NCBI GenBank assembly: GCA_965223875.1
Contig: OZ245024.1
Location: 1,675,456-1,739,455 of the forward strand
Origin: Candidatus Multivoradales bacterium
Lineage (GTDB): Bacteria > Acidobacteriota > Thermoanaerobaculia > Multivoradales > JAHEKO01
Direction of reading: 5' to 3'
Length of the DNA: 64,000 nucleotides
Positions 35,686-45,814 of this stretch are shown here, piece after piece. A program made the position numbers and the translations under genes. Under the pieces are notes generated by a model that was given only the letters and a program-made list of their open reading frames with translations, was not told the origin of the DNA and searched no databases. Positions within the stretch are counted from its first letter, which is position 1, and each line of letters begins with the position of its first letter.

Positions 35686-36507
35686 ATGCGCTCTCTCCCC
35701 CCAGCTCTGTCCCTTCTCGCCGTTCTCGCTCTCGTCGCTGTACCGCCCCTGGCCGCGGCCGACTGCGAGCACTCGAAGCCCCTCACCGTCCGGCTCGACG
35801 CCGCCGGTGCCGCGAGCCTTTCGATCGAGGCCCGCGCCGGCTTCCTCGTCATCGAAGGCAGTCCGGGCGCCGATCAGGTGGTCGTCGAGGGCAGGGCGTG
35901 CGCGTCGAAGAAGAGCCTGCTCGACGAGATCGACCTCGAGACGCGCGAGGCCAGCGATCGGCTCTCCGTCACGGCGAAGATGCCCGACCAGGATCTCAAC
36001 TGGGGCAACTACGCGCGCCTCGACATGACCGTCACCGTGCCGAGCGACCTGCACCTCGACGTCGAAGACGGTTCGGGAGAGACCGACATCGCGGGAGTGG
36101 CGTCTCTCGAGCTGGTCGACGGCTCCGGCGAGATCGACATCCGGGACGTCAGCGGCGACGTGGACGTGCAGGACGGTTCGGGGGAGCTGGACATTCGTGA
36201 CGTGCTCGGCTCGGTCACCTTGAAGGACGGCTCGGGCAGCGTCACGGTCATCCGGAGCGGGAGCGTCTACTTCAAGAGCGACGGCTCCGGAGAGATCGAG
36301 CTCGCCCAGATCAAAGGCGACGTGACCATCCGCTCGGACGGCTCGGGCGGCATCAACATCCGTGACGTCAGCGGCAGCGTCCGCGTCGGCTCGGACGGCT
36401 CCGGCTCGATCTGGGTGACCCAGGTCATCGGCGACTTCGAGCTCGGTAGCGACGGTAGCGGCTCGGTTCACGTCGACGACGTCGACGGCACCGTAACCCT
36501 TCCCTGA
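35686..36507 (+). CDS. DUF4097-like beta-strand repeat exported protein
   Basis: Signal peptide; repeated D.SG.I motifs (DGSG); GGAGG SD. Confidence 0.85.
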   Translation: MRSLPPALSLLAVLALVAVPPLAAADCEHSKPLTVRLDAAGAASLSIEARAGFLVIEGSPGADQVVVEGRACASKKSLLDEIDLETREASDRLSVTAKMPDQDLNWGNYARLDMTVTVPSDLHLDVEDGSGETDIAGVASLELVDGSGEIDIRDVSGDVDVQDGSGELDIRDVLGSVTLKDGSGSVTVIRSGSVYFKSDGSGEIELAQIKGDVTIRSDGSGGINIRDVSGSVRVGSDGSGSIWVTQVIGDFELGSDGSGSVHVDDVDGTVTLP

Positions 36508-36511
36508 CCTT

Positions 36512-36616
36512 CCGAAGCGGCCGGCGCCCCTGCCGGCCGTCGGTGGTCGATGGGGACAACGGCCGGCACGGGGATGTACACACGGGGGGTGTACATACGG
36601 GGGCCGGCCGCTTCAG
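36512..36616. repeat. Family-A REP-like inverted pair with an internal 15-bp duplication
   Basis: CCGAAGCGGCCGGC...; the second unit loop carries GGATGTACACACGGG/GGGTGTACATACGGG; supplies the TGA of the downstream gene. Confidence 0.75.
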
Positions 36617-38211
36617 GAGCGCTCGATCTCGCCCAGCTTCTCGAGCCGCACCAGGTGGCTGAGGATCTGCCGGAGAGCGAGCGGGTGGGCGATCTTGGGA
36701 ACGTCGGCGTAGACGATCGGCAGCATGTCGGCCGGCTCGGTCGTTCCGTCGCGCCAGGCCTCGAGAATCCGGCCCTCGCGCCAGAGCCGGTGCTCGCGGT
36801 AGCGCGCGAACAGGGAGGCCGGGTTGAGCATCGTCGGCCCGTGTCCCGGGAACAGGGTCGTCGCACCCAGTGCCTCGAGACGCCTCAGCGACGCCAGGTA
36901 CTCGTCCATGTCGCCTTCGGGAGGATCGACGATGATGGTCCCGACCCCGGAAACGACGTCGCCTCCGATCAGCCAACCGTGGCAGCGCTCGAAAAAGCAC
37001 AGGTGCCCGCGAGCGTGACCGGGCGTGTGAAGGACGTCGATCTCCATCGCGTCGGCGCCCTCTCCCAGCGTGACACGGTCGCCCTCCTCGAGCGGGGCGC
37101 CGAAATCGATCTCGCGATCCTCCAGGCGCTCGGCCGTGACGGGGTGCGAGCGGACCGGCAGGTCCAGTAGCTTCTGCAGAGAAGCTACGCCGCCGACATG
37201 GTCGGGATGGTGGTGCGTCAGCCAGATCTCGGTCACCCGGCGGCCGTGGTGCGCCTCGAGATCGGCGATGGCGCCGGCCAACCTGGAGATCTCGGTCTCG
37301 TACGGTGTGCCCGGATCGATCAGGACAGACTCGGTGCGGCCGAGCAGATAGGCGTTGGTGTGCGTCGCCGGCGGCAGGGTCGGCGTCGGCAACGGAAAGA
37401 CCATGACGCCGGGACGGAACTCGACCTTGCGGTGCTCACCGATGTTGGCCTCGACCGGTGCGCGCAGACGGTCGAGTCCGTCGACAGGTCCCTGGTCGGC
37501 CAGGACGTCGAGAATGTGAACGATCGGAGGCGCCGCCAGGGCCGCCCCGGCGGCCCACTCCTGGTGTGCCTCGCGAGGATCGATCCACTCCCCCACCGCC
37601 AGCTCGCCGGGGACGATCTCAGGCTCGCCCAGCGACGCGGTCCACTCGAGCAGGAAGAAACGGTTATCGAAGCGTAGCGGACCGAGAGGCGGCGTCAGCC
37701 AGCGGCCGGCGTAAACCAGCTCCGACGCCGACGGCCGGATCGACAGCGAGGTCATCAGGTGTCCGAAATCGACCTCTTTCGCGAGCAGGGCCCGGCGGCC
37801 GGCGGCGAGCTGCGAGCGGTCGGCCGCCTCCGCTCCCGGCAGGATTCCCGTCTCCTCGAAGAGCTCGCGCAGCGCGCAGGCGACGAGCCCGTCCGGCACC
37901 AGCGGACCGAGCTCGACGCCCTCGAGAATCCCGGCCGGCATGGCCCCTTCGGCCGGGCCGACCTCGACGCCCCGCGGCTCGCCCTCGATCTCGAGCGCCG
38001 CGTCGGCGCGCGACAGCCCCCCACCCGGGAAGGCGTGCCACCCGGCCATGAAGGGCACCGCGTCGGACCGTCGTACCCAGTAGACCTCGCAGCCCCGACC
38101 GCCGGGCGAGCGGCGCCATGGAACCACCGCCGCCGAGGCGCGCGGCGGCTTGGGTGGCGGCAGGGTCTGTCCGTCGGCGAGGTTGGCGAGAACGCTCTCG
38201 TAGAGGCCCAT
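36613..38211 (-). CDS. NUDIX-domain + metallo-beta-lactamase-fold hydrolase fusion
   Basis: FPGG...RELFEETG and RFD.RFF (NUDIX); THHHPDH, HTPGH and GD..PGHG (MBL); ATG at 38211. Confidence 0.9.
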   Translation of the reverse strand: MGLYESVLANLADGQTLPPPKPPRASAAVVPWRRSPGGRGCEVYWVRRSDAVPFMAGWHAFPGGGLSRADAALEIEGEPRGVEVGPAEGAMPAGILEGVELGPLVPDGLVACALRELFEETGILPGAEAADRSQLAAGRRALLAKEVDFGHLMTSLSIRPSASELVYAGRWLTPPLGPLRFDNRFFLLEWTASLGEPEIVPGELAVGEWIDPREAHQEWAAGAALAAPPIVHILDVLADQGPVDGLDRLRAPVEANIGEHRKVEFRPGVMVFPLPTPTLPPATHTNAYLLGRTESVLIDPGTPYETEISRLAGAIADLEAHHGRRVTEIWLTHHHPDHVGGVASLQKLLDLPVRSHPVTAERLEDREIDFGAPLEEGDRVTLGEGADAMEIDVLHTPGHARGHLCFFERCHGWLIGGDVVSGVGTIIVDPPEGDMDEYLASLRRLEALGATTLFPGHGPTMLNPASLFARYREHRLWREGRILEAWRDGTTEPADMLPIVYADVPKIAHPLALRQILSHLVRLEKLGEIERS

Positions 38212-38314
38212 GGGGGCGCAAGTGTAATGAACTTCTGGCGCCACCGCTCGATCCTGGGCGGCTGGGCGCGACGAGCCGCCTTGCCGCCTTCCCCGGGGCG
38301 GTCGATAATCCAGC

Positions 38315-40708
38315 GTGTCCCTGCCCATCGGCTCCGCCGCCAGCTCTGCCCCGAGTCGCCTCTGGCTCGCCGGTCTGCCGGTCCTCGCGCTGGCCTATCG
38401 CACCCTGCTCCGACCCGGCGGCGTCCTGGCGATCGGCGATCTCGCCTTCTTTCACCTGCCCCTGCGAACGCTCTTCGCCCGGGCGGCGAGCGAGGGGATC
38501 CCCTGGTGGAACACGGCGCTTCACGGCGGCCAACCGATCCTGTCGAACCCCAACTACGCCGCCTTCTATCCCCCGACCTGGACGGCGCTCTTCCTGGCGC
38601 CCGCGACCGCCATTCAGGTGGTCTTCGCGCTCCACGTCGGCTGGGCGTACGCCGGCGCCTGGAGACTCGCCCGCCACCTGGGCTGCCGGCCGACGACGGC
38701 TCTGTTCGCCGCGCTCGGGTTCGCCGCCGGGGGCTTTTTCGTCTCCTCGGCGACGCTTCTGACACTCTTCTGCGGCCTCGCCTGGACGCCATGGATCCTG
38801 CTCTGGGCGAGCCGCGCGCTCGAGCCCGGCAACGACGCCTGGCGCCGCGACGCGGCGCTCGCCGGACTCGGTGTGGCGGCCCAACTCCTGGCCGGAGAGC
38901 CGGTCAACTGCATCCTGAGCGCGATCGCCCTGGGCGGGCTGGCCATCGACTACCGGGCCATCGACTACCGGGCCGGCGGCCGGCGAACCACGCGACGGCT
39001 CGTTCTCGCCGCCGGACTCGCGGTGCTCCTCGGTGGCGCCCAGCTTCTACCCACCGCCGGACGCCTCGCCCACTCGCCTCGCGGCGGCGGCATCGAGCCC
39101 TCCGAGGCGACCGAGCGCTCGATGCCGCCGGTGCGACTGCTCGAGTGGGCCGTACCCCATCCGCTGGGCGATCCGATGCGGATCGACGACGAGCTCTTCT
39201 TCGGCCAGGGGGTGCACGACAAGGGCTTCCCGTACCTGATCTCGATCTTCCCGGGCCTCCTCGTCGGTGTGCTGGCGCTGGGCTCGCTGGGTCGCCGCGG
39301 GATGCGCTGGCGCTGGACCTGGCTGGTGATGATCGGAGGCGGTGTCTTTCTGGCTCTCGGTCGCCACAACCCGCTCTACGAGCCCGTCGTCGGGCTGCTC
39401 CCGGTCTTCAACCAGCTCCGTTATCCCGAGAAGCTGCTCCTTCTGGCCAACGCCGCCCTGCCGTTCGCCGCCGCCTGCGGACTCGAGTCGCGACTCGACG
39501 CCGACGGCGAGGAGGGCGGCTGGCTCGACCCGGCCCTGGTCCTGACTCTCGTCGCCACGGCGGGCTTCGCGGCGATGACGGTTCTACTCTCGGTTCGGCC
39601 GGAGGCCGCCGTCTGGATGGCGACGACCACCCGGGCGGCGCCCCTGCCGGTGGCGGCGGAGGCGGGGCTCATCGCCTGGGCCCGTGGCGAGATGGTCGCC
39701 TCTCTGGCGATCGCGGCGGCGTGCACGGTTCTGCTGGGGGCCGTGGTACGGGGCAAAGCGCCGACGGGCCGACGCAGGATGGTCGAGATCGCCATCCTGG
39801 CGGTCCTCTCGCTCGATCTCCTCCGCGCCGGCTGGAACCTCCTGCCCGTCGCCCCGACCGAGGAGCTCTGCGCGCCTCCGGCGGTTCTCGCTGCGGAACC
39901 GCCTTCCGGTCGGCTCTTCACGGACCTCCTCTACTCGCGCGACGCGCAGATTCCGCTGCGCTACGATAGTCGGGGTCCGCTCTCGTTCAGGAACGGTATC
40001 GAGACCCTGGAGCCCTACGTGGCAACGCTCTGGGGCTGGAGCTACGCTCTCCACGTCGACTACGACCTGATGCTCACCGAGCCGGCGCGGTCGGCGCTCG
40101 AGGCGTTCTCGGACGTCTGGGAGTCGCCGGCGCTCGCCCGCCGCTTCGCCGGCGCCTGGGGTGTCGGCACCCTGGCGCTCCACCGGCCGGTACAGGAGGT
40201 CCTGATGGACCGCTTCGCAGGCCGGGAGGCACCCCGGATGCGGATCGAGTCGAACCCAGAGCTCCTTCCCGAGATCCGCGCCGTGCCGTCGGTCTGGCTC
40301 CATCCCGATCCCGGAGCGGCGCTCGAAGCGGCCCGCGCCGACGGCTTCCGGCTGGCCGACCGGGGTCACTGGGTGACCGACGCGTCGGGAGCGTCCGGAA
40401 TCGAGTCGGCCGCGACCGGGAGAATCACCGCTGTCGAGGAGGGATCGAGCCGGGTCCGCTTCGAGACGGACGCCGGCAGCGAGCTCTACGTCCAGATCGC
40501 GCGAACCTGGGACGCCGGCTGGTCGTGCCGGATCGATTCGGACGACGCCCCGGTCCATCGGACCGCCACCGGACAGATGGGCGTGAGGGTCCCGGCGGGC
40601 CGCCACCTGGTGGAGCTGACCTACCGAGATCCTCTGGTGCCGATCGGCCTCCTCCTGACGCTCCTCGGAATCGTCGGCGTCGTCTGGAGCCGGCGGCCCC
40701 TGAGGTAG
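38315..40708 (+). CDS. YfhO-like polytopic membrane protein (GT-C-like)
   Basis: GD, P.WN....GG.P...NP....FYP, many TM helices, LRYP.K, and C-terminal W..GW and VPAG.H.V.L.Y motifs. Confidence 0.8.
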   Translation: MSLPIGSAASSAPSRLWLAGLPVLALAYRTLLRPGGVLAIGDLAFFHLPLRTLFARAASEGIPWWNTALHGGQPILSNPNYAAFYPPTWTALFLAPATAIQVVFALHVGWAYAGAWRLARHLGCRPTTALFAALGFAAGGFFVSSATLLTLFCGLAWTPWILLWASRALEPGNDAWRRDAALAGLGVAAQLLAGEPVNCILSAIALGGLAIDYRAIDYRAGGRRTTRRLVLAAGLAVLLGGAQLLPTAGRLAHSPRGGGIEPSEATERSMPPVRLLEWAVPHPLGDPMRIDDELFFGQGVHDKGFPYLISIFPGLLVGVLALGSLGRRGMRWRWTWLVMIGGGVFLALGRHNPLYEPVVGLLPVFNQLRYPEKLLLLANAALPFAAACGLESRLDADGEEGGWLDPALVLTLVATAGFAAMTVLLSVRPEAAVWMATTTRAAPLPVAAEAGLIAWARGEMVASLAIAAACTVLLGAVVRGKAPTGRRRMVEIAILAVLSLDLLRAGWNLLPVAPTEELCAPPAVLAAEPPSGRLFTDLLYSRDAQIPLRYDSRGPLSFRNGIETLEPYVATLWGWSYALHVDYDLMLTEPARSALEAFSDVWESPALARRFAGAWGVGTLALHRPVQEVLMDRFAGREAPRMRIESNPELLPEIRAVPSVWLHPDPGAALEAARADGFRLADRGHWVTDASGASGIESAATGRITAVEEGSSRVRFETDAGSELYVQIARTWDAGWSCRIDSDDAPVHRTATGQMGVRVPAGRHLVELTYRDPLVPIGLLLTLLGIVGVVWSRRPLR

Positions 40709-40718
40709 GATCCGCCAA

Positions 40719-41870
40719 ATGCCCAGATACCCCGCCGCTGCCCCGAACATCGCCGCAATGGCCGGGTCGGTCTACACCGATCTGGCTCACCGGCTGGCCA
40801 CCTTCGAGGGAGAGATCTATCCCTTTCACGTCGGCGACACCTGGATGGAGCCGGCCGTCGGTTGCCGCATGCAGGACCTGACGGTCGACGACTATCCCGG
40901 CATGCACCGCTACTCCCAGCCCCAGGGCATCGATCCGCTGATCGCGGGGATCGCCGACAGCATCGGGGCCAGGATGGACGTCCCCACCGGTCCCGACAAC
41001 GTCCTGGTCGCCGCCGGAGCGACGGGAGCGTTGGGCGCGGTGGCCGGCGCCATCCTCGACCCGGGCGACGAGGTGCTCATCCTGGCCCCCTACTGGCCGC
41101 TCATCGCGGGCATCGTGAAATCGTTCCATGGTGAAGCCGTCTCCGTGCCCTTCATCGGCGAGGCGGACTCGGCCGAGTCAGCGGTGGAGATCGTCGAGAG
41201 CTACCGGACCGATCGCTCGGTGGCGATCTACTTCAACACGCCGAACAACCCGAGCGGCCGCGCCATCCCCGGCCGGTGGATCGAAGCGCTGGTCGATTGG
41301 GCGCGGCGTCACGACCTCTGGATCATCGCGGATGAGGTCTACGAGGACTACGTCTACTCCGGCGGGCATCGCTACGCCCGTCCTCTGGCCCCCGACCACA
41401 CCTTCTCGACCCACTCCTTCTCGAAGTCCTACGGGATGGCCGGCAACCGCTGCGGCTACGTCGTCGGGCCGGAGAGCCTGGTCCACGAGATGCGCAAGGT
41501 GGCGACCCACACCTTCTACGCCACGCCGACGGCCTCGCAGATCGCCGCTCTACGAACGCTCGAGGGCTACGCCGACGACTGGCTGGCCGACGCCCAGGTC
41601 AAGTACGCCGAGCTCGGAACGATGGCCGCGTCCGCCCTCGGGCTGCCCGCTCCGGAGGGCAGCGCCTTCCTGTTCCTGGACGTCTCGGAGCAGCTCGACG
41701 AGCGCGGCCTCGGCGGCTTCCTCGAGGACTGCGTCGACCACGGACTGTTCCTGGCTCCGGGACCCAGCTTCGGTCCCTATCCCCACCACGCGCGACTCTG
41801 CTTCACCGCCGCGCCTCCGGACGTCACGCGCCGGGGGGTGGAGATCCTGGCGCGGCTTCTCGGTCGCTGA
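40719..41870 (+). CDS. PLP-dependent aminotransferase class I/II
   Basis: P.NP.G, DEVY, SFSK.Y.M.G.R.GY and late R motif. Confidence 0.93.
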   Translation: MPRYPAAAPNIAAMAGSVYTDLAHRLATFEGEIYPFHVGDTWMEPAVGCRMQDLTVDDYPGMHRYSQPQGIDPLIAGIADSIGARMDVPTGPDNVLVAAGATGALGAVAGAILDPGDEVLILAPYWPLIAGIVKSFHGEAVSVPFIGEADSAESAVEIVESYRTDRSVAIYFNTPNNPSGRAIPGRWIEALVDWARRHDLWIIADEVYEDYVYSGGHRYARPLAPDHTFSTHSFSKSYGMAGNRCGYVVGPESLVHEMRKVATHTFYATPTASQIAALRTLEGYADDWLADAQVKYAELGTMAASALGLPAPEGSAFLFLDVSEQLDERGLGGFLEDCVDHGLFLAPGPSFGPYPHHARLCFTAAPPDVTRRGVEILARLLGR

Positions 41871-42594
41871 TCCTCCCGCGATCGGCCGCACGGACGCGCC
41901 GATCCCCCAGCCAGAAGGGCAGGTACCAGAGCCCGAAGGAGACCAGGGCCAGCACCTCGAGCGAGAGGAGGTACCAGGGCCAGGCGCCGAGATAGTCCAT
42001 CAGCGTCGAGGCCTGGGGCTTCTCCATCAGGAACATGTAGTTGGTACCGAGTGCCAGATTCACCAGGCCGACGAAGATCGCGAAGAGGTTGATCGCGGCG
42101 AAGGCGCGCCATACCGAGCCGCGGCCGGGACGCATCCTGAGAACCAGGGTGCCGTAGAGCGCCGCCAGCAGGAGCAGACCGTGAGAGGTGAAGAAGGCGA
42201 AGTAGGGGAAGGTCGGAAAGCCCACGGCGACGTCCGGCGTGACCAGCGAGTGGCTGGTGCCGGCGAAGGTCCAGAAGTAGCTGAGCTCGTACGCGGTCTG
42301 TCGCCGCGTCCAGAGGGCCCAGGCGCTGACGAAGAAGAGGATCCCGCAGACGTGGAGCGGCAGGAGTCCGAGGGGCGGGTAGTCGACGATGGCGTACCAG
42401 GCCCACGTCTCGACGAGCTTGTAGGCGACCAGGACTACGGCCAGAACCCTGGCGCCACGAGCCGCGGCCTCCGAGTCACGGCGACGTCCCTGGAAGATGA
42501 TCGCGACCCAGGCCGTGACGATGACCAGGATCGTCAGCGCGTGCTCGACGCTGAACAGATCGAAGGGCGGCAGTGCCGGATTCGCGTTCGGCAT
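41824..42594 (-). CDS. YwaF/TIGR02206-like integral membrane protein
   Basis: LPLHVC, TPD, FF.SH, NY.FL..KP and G.WP.Y motifs. Confidence 0.85.
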   Translation of the reverse strand: MPNANPALPPFDLFSVEHALTILVIVTAWVAIIFQGRRRDSEAAARGARVLAVVLVAYKLVETWAWYAIVDYPPLGLLPLHVCGILFFVSAWALWTRRQTAYELSYFWTFAGTSHSLVTPDVAVGFPTFPYFAFFTSHGLLLLAALYGTLVLRMRPGRGSVWRAFAAINLFAIFVGLVNLALGTNYMFLMEKPQASTLMDYLGAWPWYLLSLEVLALVSFGLWYLPFWLGDRRVRAADRGRISDREAAPGSPPPGA

Positions 42595-42615
42595 CCGATC
42601 GCGCTCAGCGCGGCG

Positions 42616-43425
42616 TCAGTCCAGACGCCGATGCCGTGAGACGGGGATCGCCCGGCGCACGCCGTCGACGCGGGAGAGGTCGACCTCGGCGATCGCAAGA
42701 CCGGGGCCATCGGATGCGCGAGCGACGATGTGGCCCCACGGATCGACGATCATCGAGTGGCCGTAGCTCTCGCGCAGGCCCCCGTCGTCGTGCTGCCCCA
42801 CCTGAGCCGGCGCGATGACCCAGCACTGCGTCTCGATGGCGCGTGCGCGCATCAGCGGCTGCCAGTGCGCGCGGCCGGTGGTGAGCGTGAAGGCCGCCGG
42901 AATGGTCAGCAGCCGGGCGCCACGGTCGACCAGACCGCGATAGAGCTCGGGGAAGCGCAGGTCGTAGCAGATCGACAGACCGATCGGGCCGAGCGCGGTC
43001 TCGGCGACAACCAGCTCGTCGCCGGGCAGAATCGTGTCCGACTCGTTGAACCGGACGTCGGCCGAAACGTCGACGTCGAACAGGTGGATCTTGCGATAGA
43101 CGGCGAGGCGCGCTCCATCGGGACCGAAGAGGACCGAGGTGTTGTAGCAGCGCTCGGCGTCGTCGGCGGCCTCGTTGAAGGAGCCGAGCAACAGGTGGAT
43201 GCCGAGCTCAGCGGCCAGCGAGGAGAACCGCGTGCAGACGGCACCGTCGAGGCTCTCGGCGCGCCGTACCTTCTCCGCGTGGGGTCCGAGGAAGTTGGTG
43301 TTCTCGGGCGTCGCCACGAACGAGGCTCCATGCCCCGCGGCACGGCGCACGAGCGCCTCGGCGGCGGCAAGACTGGCCGCCTCGTCGGACGTCGAGGTGA
43401 GCTGGACGGCTGCGGCGAGGAACAT
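42616..43425 (-). CDS. Carbon-nitrogen hydrolase (Nit1/deaminated-glutathione amidase-like)
   Basis: PE, YRKIHLFDV, ICYDLRFPE, RARAIE.Q and GHSM.VDPWG motifs; ATG at 43425. Confidence 0.93.
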   Translation of the reverse strand: MFLAAAVQLTSTSDEAASLAAAEALVRRAAGHGASFVATPENTNFLGPHAEKVRRAESLDGAVCTRFSSLAAELGIHLLLGSFNEAADDAERCYNTSVLFGPDGARLAVYRKIHLFDVDVSADVRFNESDTILPGDELVVAETALGPIGLSICYDLRFPELYRGLVDRGARLLTIPAAFTLTTGRAHWQPLMRARAIETQCWVIAPAQVGQHDDGGLRESYGHSMIVDPWGHIVARASDGPGLAIAEVDLSRVDGVRRAIPVSRHRRLD

Positions 43426-43452
43426 CGTTCGGCCGAGTATAGGATGACCGCC

Positions 43453-44637
43453 ATGTCCGAAGCCGCCCAGTCGATGTCTCGCACGCTGGCGCTCCTGGAG
43501 GCGGGACGAGCCGCGAGGCTCCACCTGGGCGGTCAGCTCCACGTCCGTCTCGAGGGGAGCCCCGTGGCCGATCTGGCGTTCGGCGAGCGCCGGCCCGGAA
43601 CCGCGATGGAGCGCGGCGACCTGATGCTCTGGCTCTCGTCCGGCAAGCCGATCACCGCGGTGGCGATCGCCCGCCTCTGGGAGGCCGGCGCGCTCGACAT
43701 CGACGATCCGGTCGCCAGGCACATCCCCGAGTTCGGCACCCGCGGCAAGGAGTCGATCACGCTGCGACACCTGCTGACCCACACCGGAGGCGTTCGTGCC
43801 GTGGGCCTCGGCTGGCCGCGCCACTCCTGGGACGAGATCCTCGCCCACATCTGCGACATGAAGCTCGAGCCCCGCTGGATCCCGGGACGCAAGGCCGGCT
43901 ACCACCTGGCGTCGAGCTGGTTCCTCCTCGGCGAGGTGGTGTCGCGAGCCAGCGGTGAGCCGTTCTCGGCCCACGTCCGCGCGGCCATCTTCGAGCCTCT
44001 CGGCATGGACGACTGCTGGATCGGAATGCCCGACGGGGTGTGGCGGCAGCGCGTCGAAACGATTGCGCCGATGTACGACACCGAGCCGATCGAAGAGGGC
44101 AGCGAGCCTGCCGAGCACACGAAATGGACGGACGAGCTCCACCTGACGAACCCCTCACCGGGCTCCAACGCGATCGGGCCGATGCGCCAGCTCGCCAGGC
44201 TCTACTCGATGCTCCTCGGCGGTGGAGAGCTCGACGGGGTGCGGCTGCTGACGCCCCAGACCGTCGTCGCGATCACCGCCCGACACCGCGTCGGACTGTA
44301 CGACTACACCTTCCGTCAGAAGCTCGACTGGGGGCTCGGCTTCGTACTCGACTCACGCCACTACGGGGCCGACCGTCCCGCCTATGGATATGGTGCCCAC
44401 ACCTCGACCCGGGTGTTCGGCCACAGCGGATATCGCAGCTCGACGGGCTTCGCGGATCCGCACTGCGGCCTCGTCGTCGCGCTCGCCGTCAACGGGACCC
44501 CTTCGGCTCTCGTCCACCGCGAGCGGACCCACCGCCTGATGACGGCGATCTACGAGGATCTGGGACTCGAGCGCGAGCCGTACGACCCGGGACGACGGAG
44601 CTGGATCAAGGGGCCTGTCGTACGTAGACCTGGGTGA
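43453..44637 (+). CDS. Serine hydrolase, beta-lactamase/EstB-like
   Basis: SSGK (SxxK), LLTH..G, PG....YH and FGHSG motifs; start 43453 or 43444. Confidence 0.9.
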   Translation: MSEAAQSMSRTLALLEAGRAARLHLGGQLHVRLEGSPVADLAFGERRPGTAMERGDLMLWLSSGKPITAVAIARLWEAGALDIDDPVARHIPEFGTRGKESITLRHLLTHTGGVRAVGLGWPRHSWDEILAHICDMKLEPRWIPGRKAGYHLASSWFLLGEVVSRASGEPFSAHVRAAIFEPLGMDDCWIGMPDGVWRQRVETIAPMYDTEPIEEGSEPAEHTKWTDELHLTNPSPGSNAIGPMRQLARLYSMLLGGGELDGVRLLTPQTVVAITARHRVGLYDYTFRQKLDWGLGFVLDSRHYGADRPAYGYGAHTSTRVFGHSGYRSSTGFADPHCGLVVALAVNGTPSALVHRERTHRLMTAIYEDLGLEREPYDPGRRSWIKGPVVRRPG

Positions 44638-45151
44638 TCCAGACGGTGCGGTCTTCGATCGCCACACCGACGCCCACCTCACGGTACGACTCGCCGAGGA
44701 TATTCTCCCGGTGCGCCGGGCTCCCCATCAGGAGCTGGTGGGCATGGGCGGCCGCGTCGCTCGCGTTGCTGACCCTGGCGATGTTCTCGCCGGCCGCGGT
44801 GAACGAGTATCCTTCGGCCGCCAGACGATCTCGCAAGCTCTGGCCCGTGGGGGTGGTGTGGGAGAAGAAGCCCTCGTCCCGCATCCGCTCGCTGTGCTGG
44901 CGCGCGATCTCGTTGAGCACTTCCTGACGCCGGAGCCGCGGCGAAACCTCGGAGGCGTCGCGCTCGGCATTGATCAGCTTGAACGAGCCGAACTCGAGCT
45001 CGGCGCCGCTCGCGTCGGGCGCCGTGCCACCGGAGCCCGAGCTGCAGGCGATGAGGAACGCGACAGCGAGTGCGGTCACGAGTGCTCCTATCCTACGTGC
45101 CCCGAAGGGGCCTCCGCCCGCGTCGTCGATTCGGTGGATCGCATCCTGCAT
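44606..45151 (-). CDS. CAP/SCP-domain lipoprotein
   Basis: Lipobox LIAC; N..R, HS..M....FSH, GENIA, S..HR.NIL and GVGV motifs. Confidence 0.88.
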   Translation of the reverse strand: MQDAIHRIDDAGGGPFGARRIGALVTALAVAFLIACSSGSGGTAPDASGAELEFGSFKLINAERDASEVSPRLRRQEVLNEIARQHSERMRDEGFFSHTTPTGQSLRDRLAAEGYSFTAAGENIARVSNASDAAAHAHQLLMGSPAHRENILGESYREVGVGVAIEDRTVWITQVYVRQAP

Positions 45152-45293
45152 ATAACGGTCTCCGTGGACAGGCTCATTGTGGCCTGTCGAAGGGGCGCTG
45201 GCGCAGTGACCGAGGTCACACGAGGGCTGAAGACACGATTGAAGTACTATTACTCGACCGCAAAGCGCGGGCGTCACACCCAGGAGCCAGTCG

Positions 45294-45791
45294 ATGCGTA
45301 AACCCAGGATTCTCCTCCTGTTGTCACTCGCGGCCGTCGCCGTCGTGAGCCCACCGATCCTCGGTCAGGAGGCCGAAGCAACGCCCCAGGTCACGCTGGA
45401 GACGATCATCGTCGATCCCCCGGCGCCGGCCGTCGACACACTCTGCCGACTGAACGTCAGCATCAAGAACACCGGTGAGGAGACGGTCTCGCAGTTCGGC
45501 TTCACGGTGAAGATCGACGACGTCGAGCTCCCCGTCTACATCAACCAGCTGTTCATGTACCCCGTCGAGCCGGGCGAGACCACCGAGATCCCGCTCTATA
45601 ACTTCTGGAGCACGGAGACCTCCCGACCCGCCCCGGCCGACGGCAAGCTGCGCGTCGAGGTCACTTTGCGCGAGGCGGAGTGGAAGAAGATCGAGATGGA
45701 AGGCGACACCGAGGTCTGGACGCCGATCGGCGCGGTCGAGGGCCTGCCCTCGACGCAGCAGCTGACGCTCGAGATGTCTGGCGATGAGTAG
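45294..45791 (+). CDS. Exported Ig-like (CARDB-like) protein
   Basis: Signal peptide; V.I.N.G and PGE beta pattern; AGGAG SD. Confidence 0.75.
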   Translation: MRKPRILLLLSLAAVAVVSPPILGQEAEATPQVTLETIIVDPPAPAVDTLCRLNVSIKNTGEETVSQFGFTVKIDDVELPVYINQLFMYPVEPGETTEIPLYNFWSTETSRPAPADGKLRVEVTLREAEWKKIEMEGDTEVWTPIGAVEGLPSTQQLTLEMSGDE

Positions 45792-45814
45792 CAGGGTCCG
45801 GCGGTCCTAGTCGC

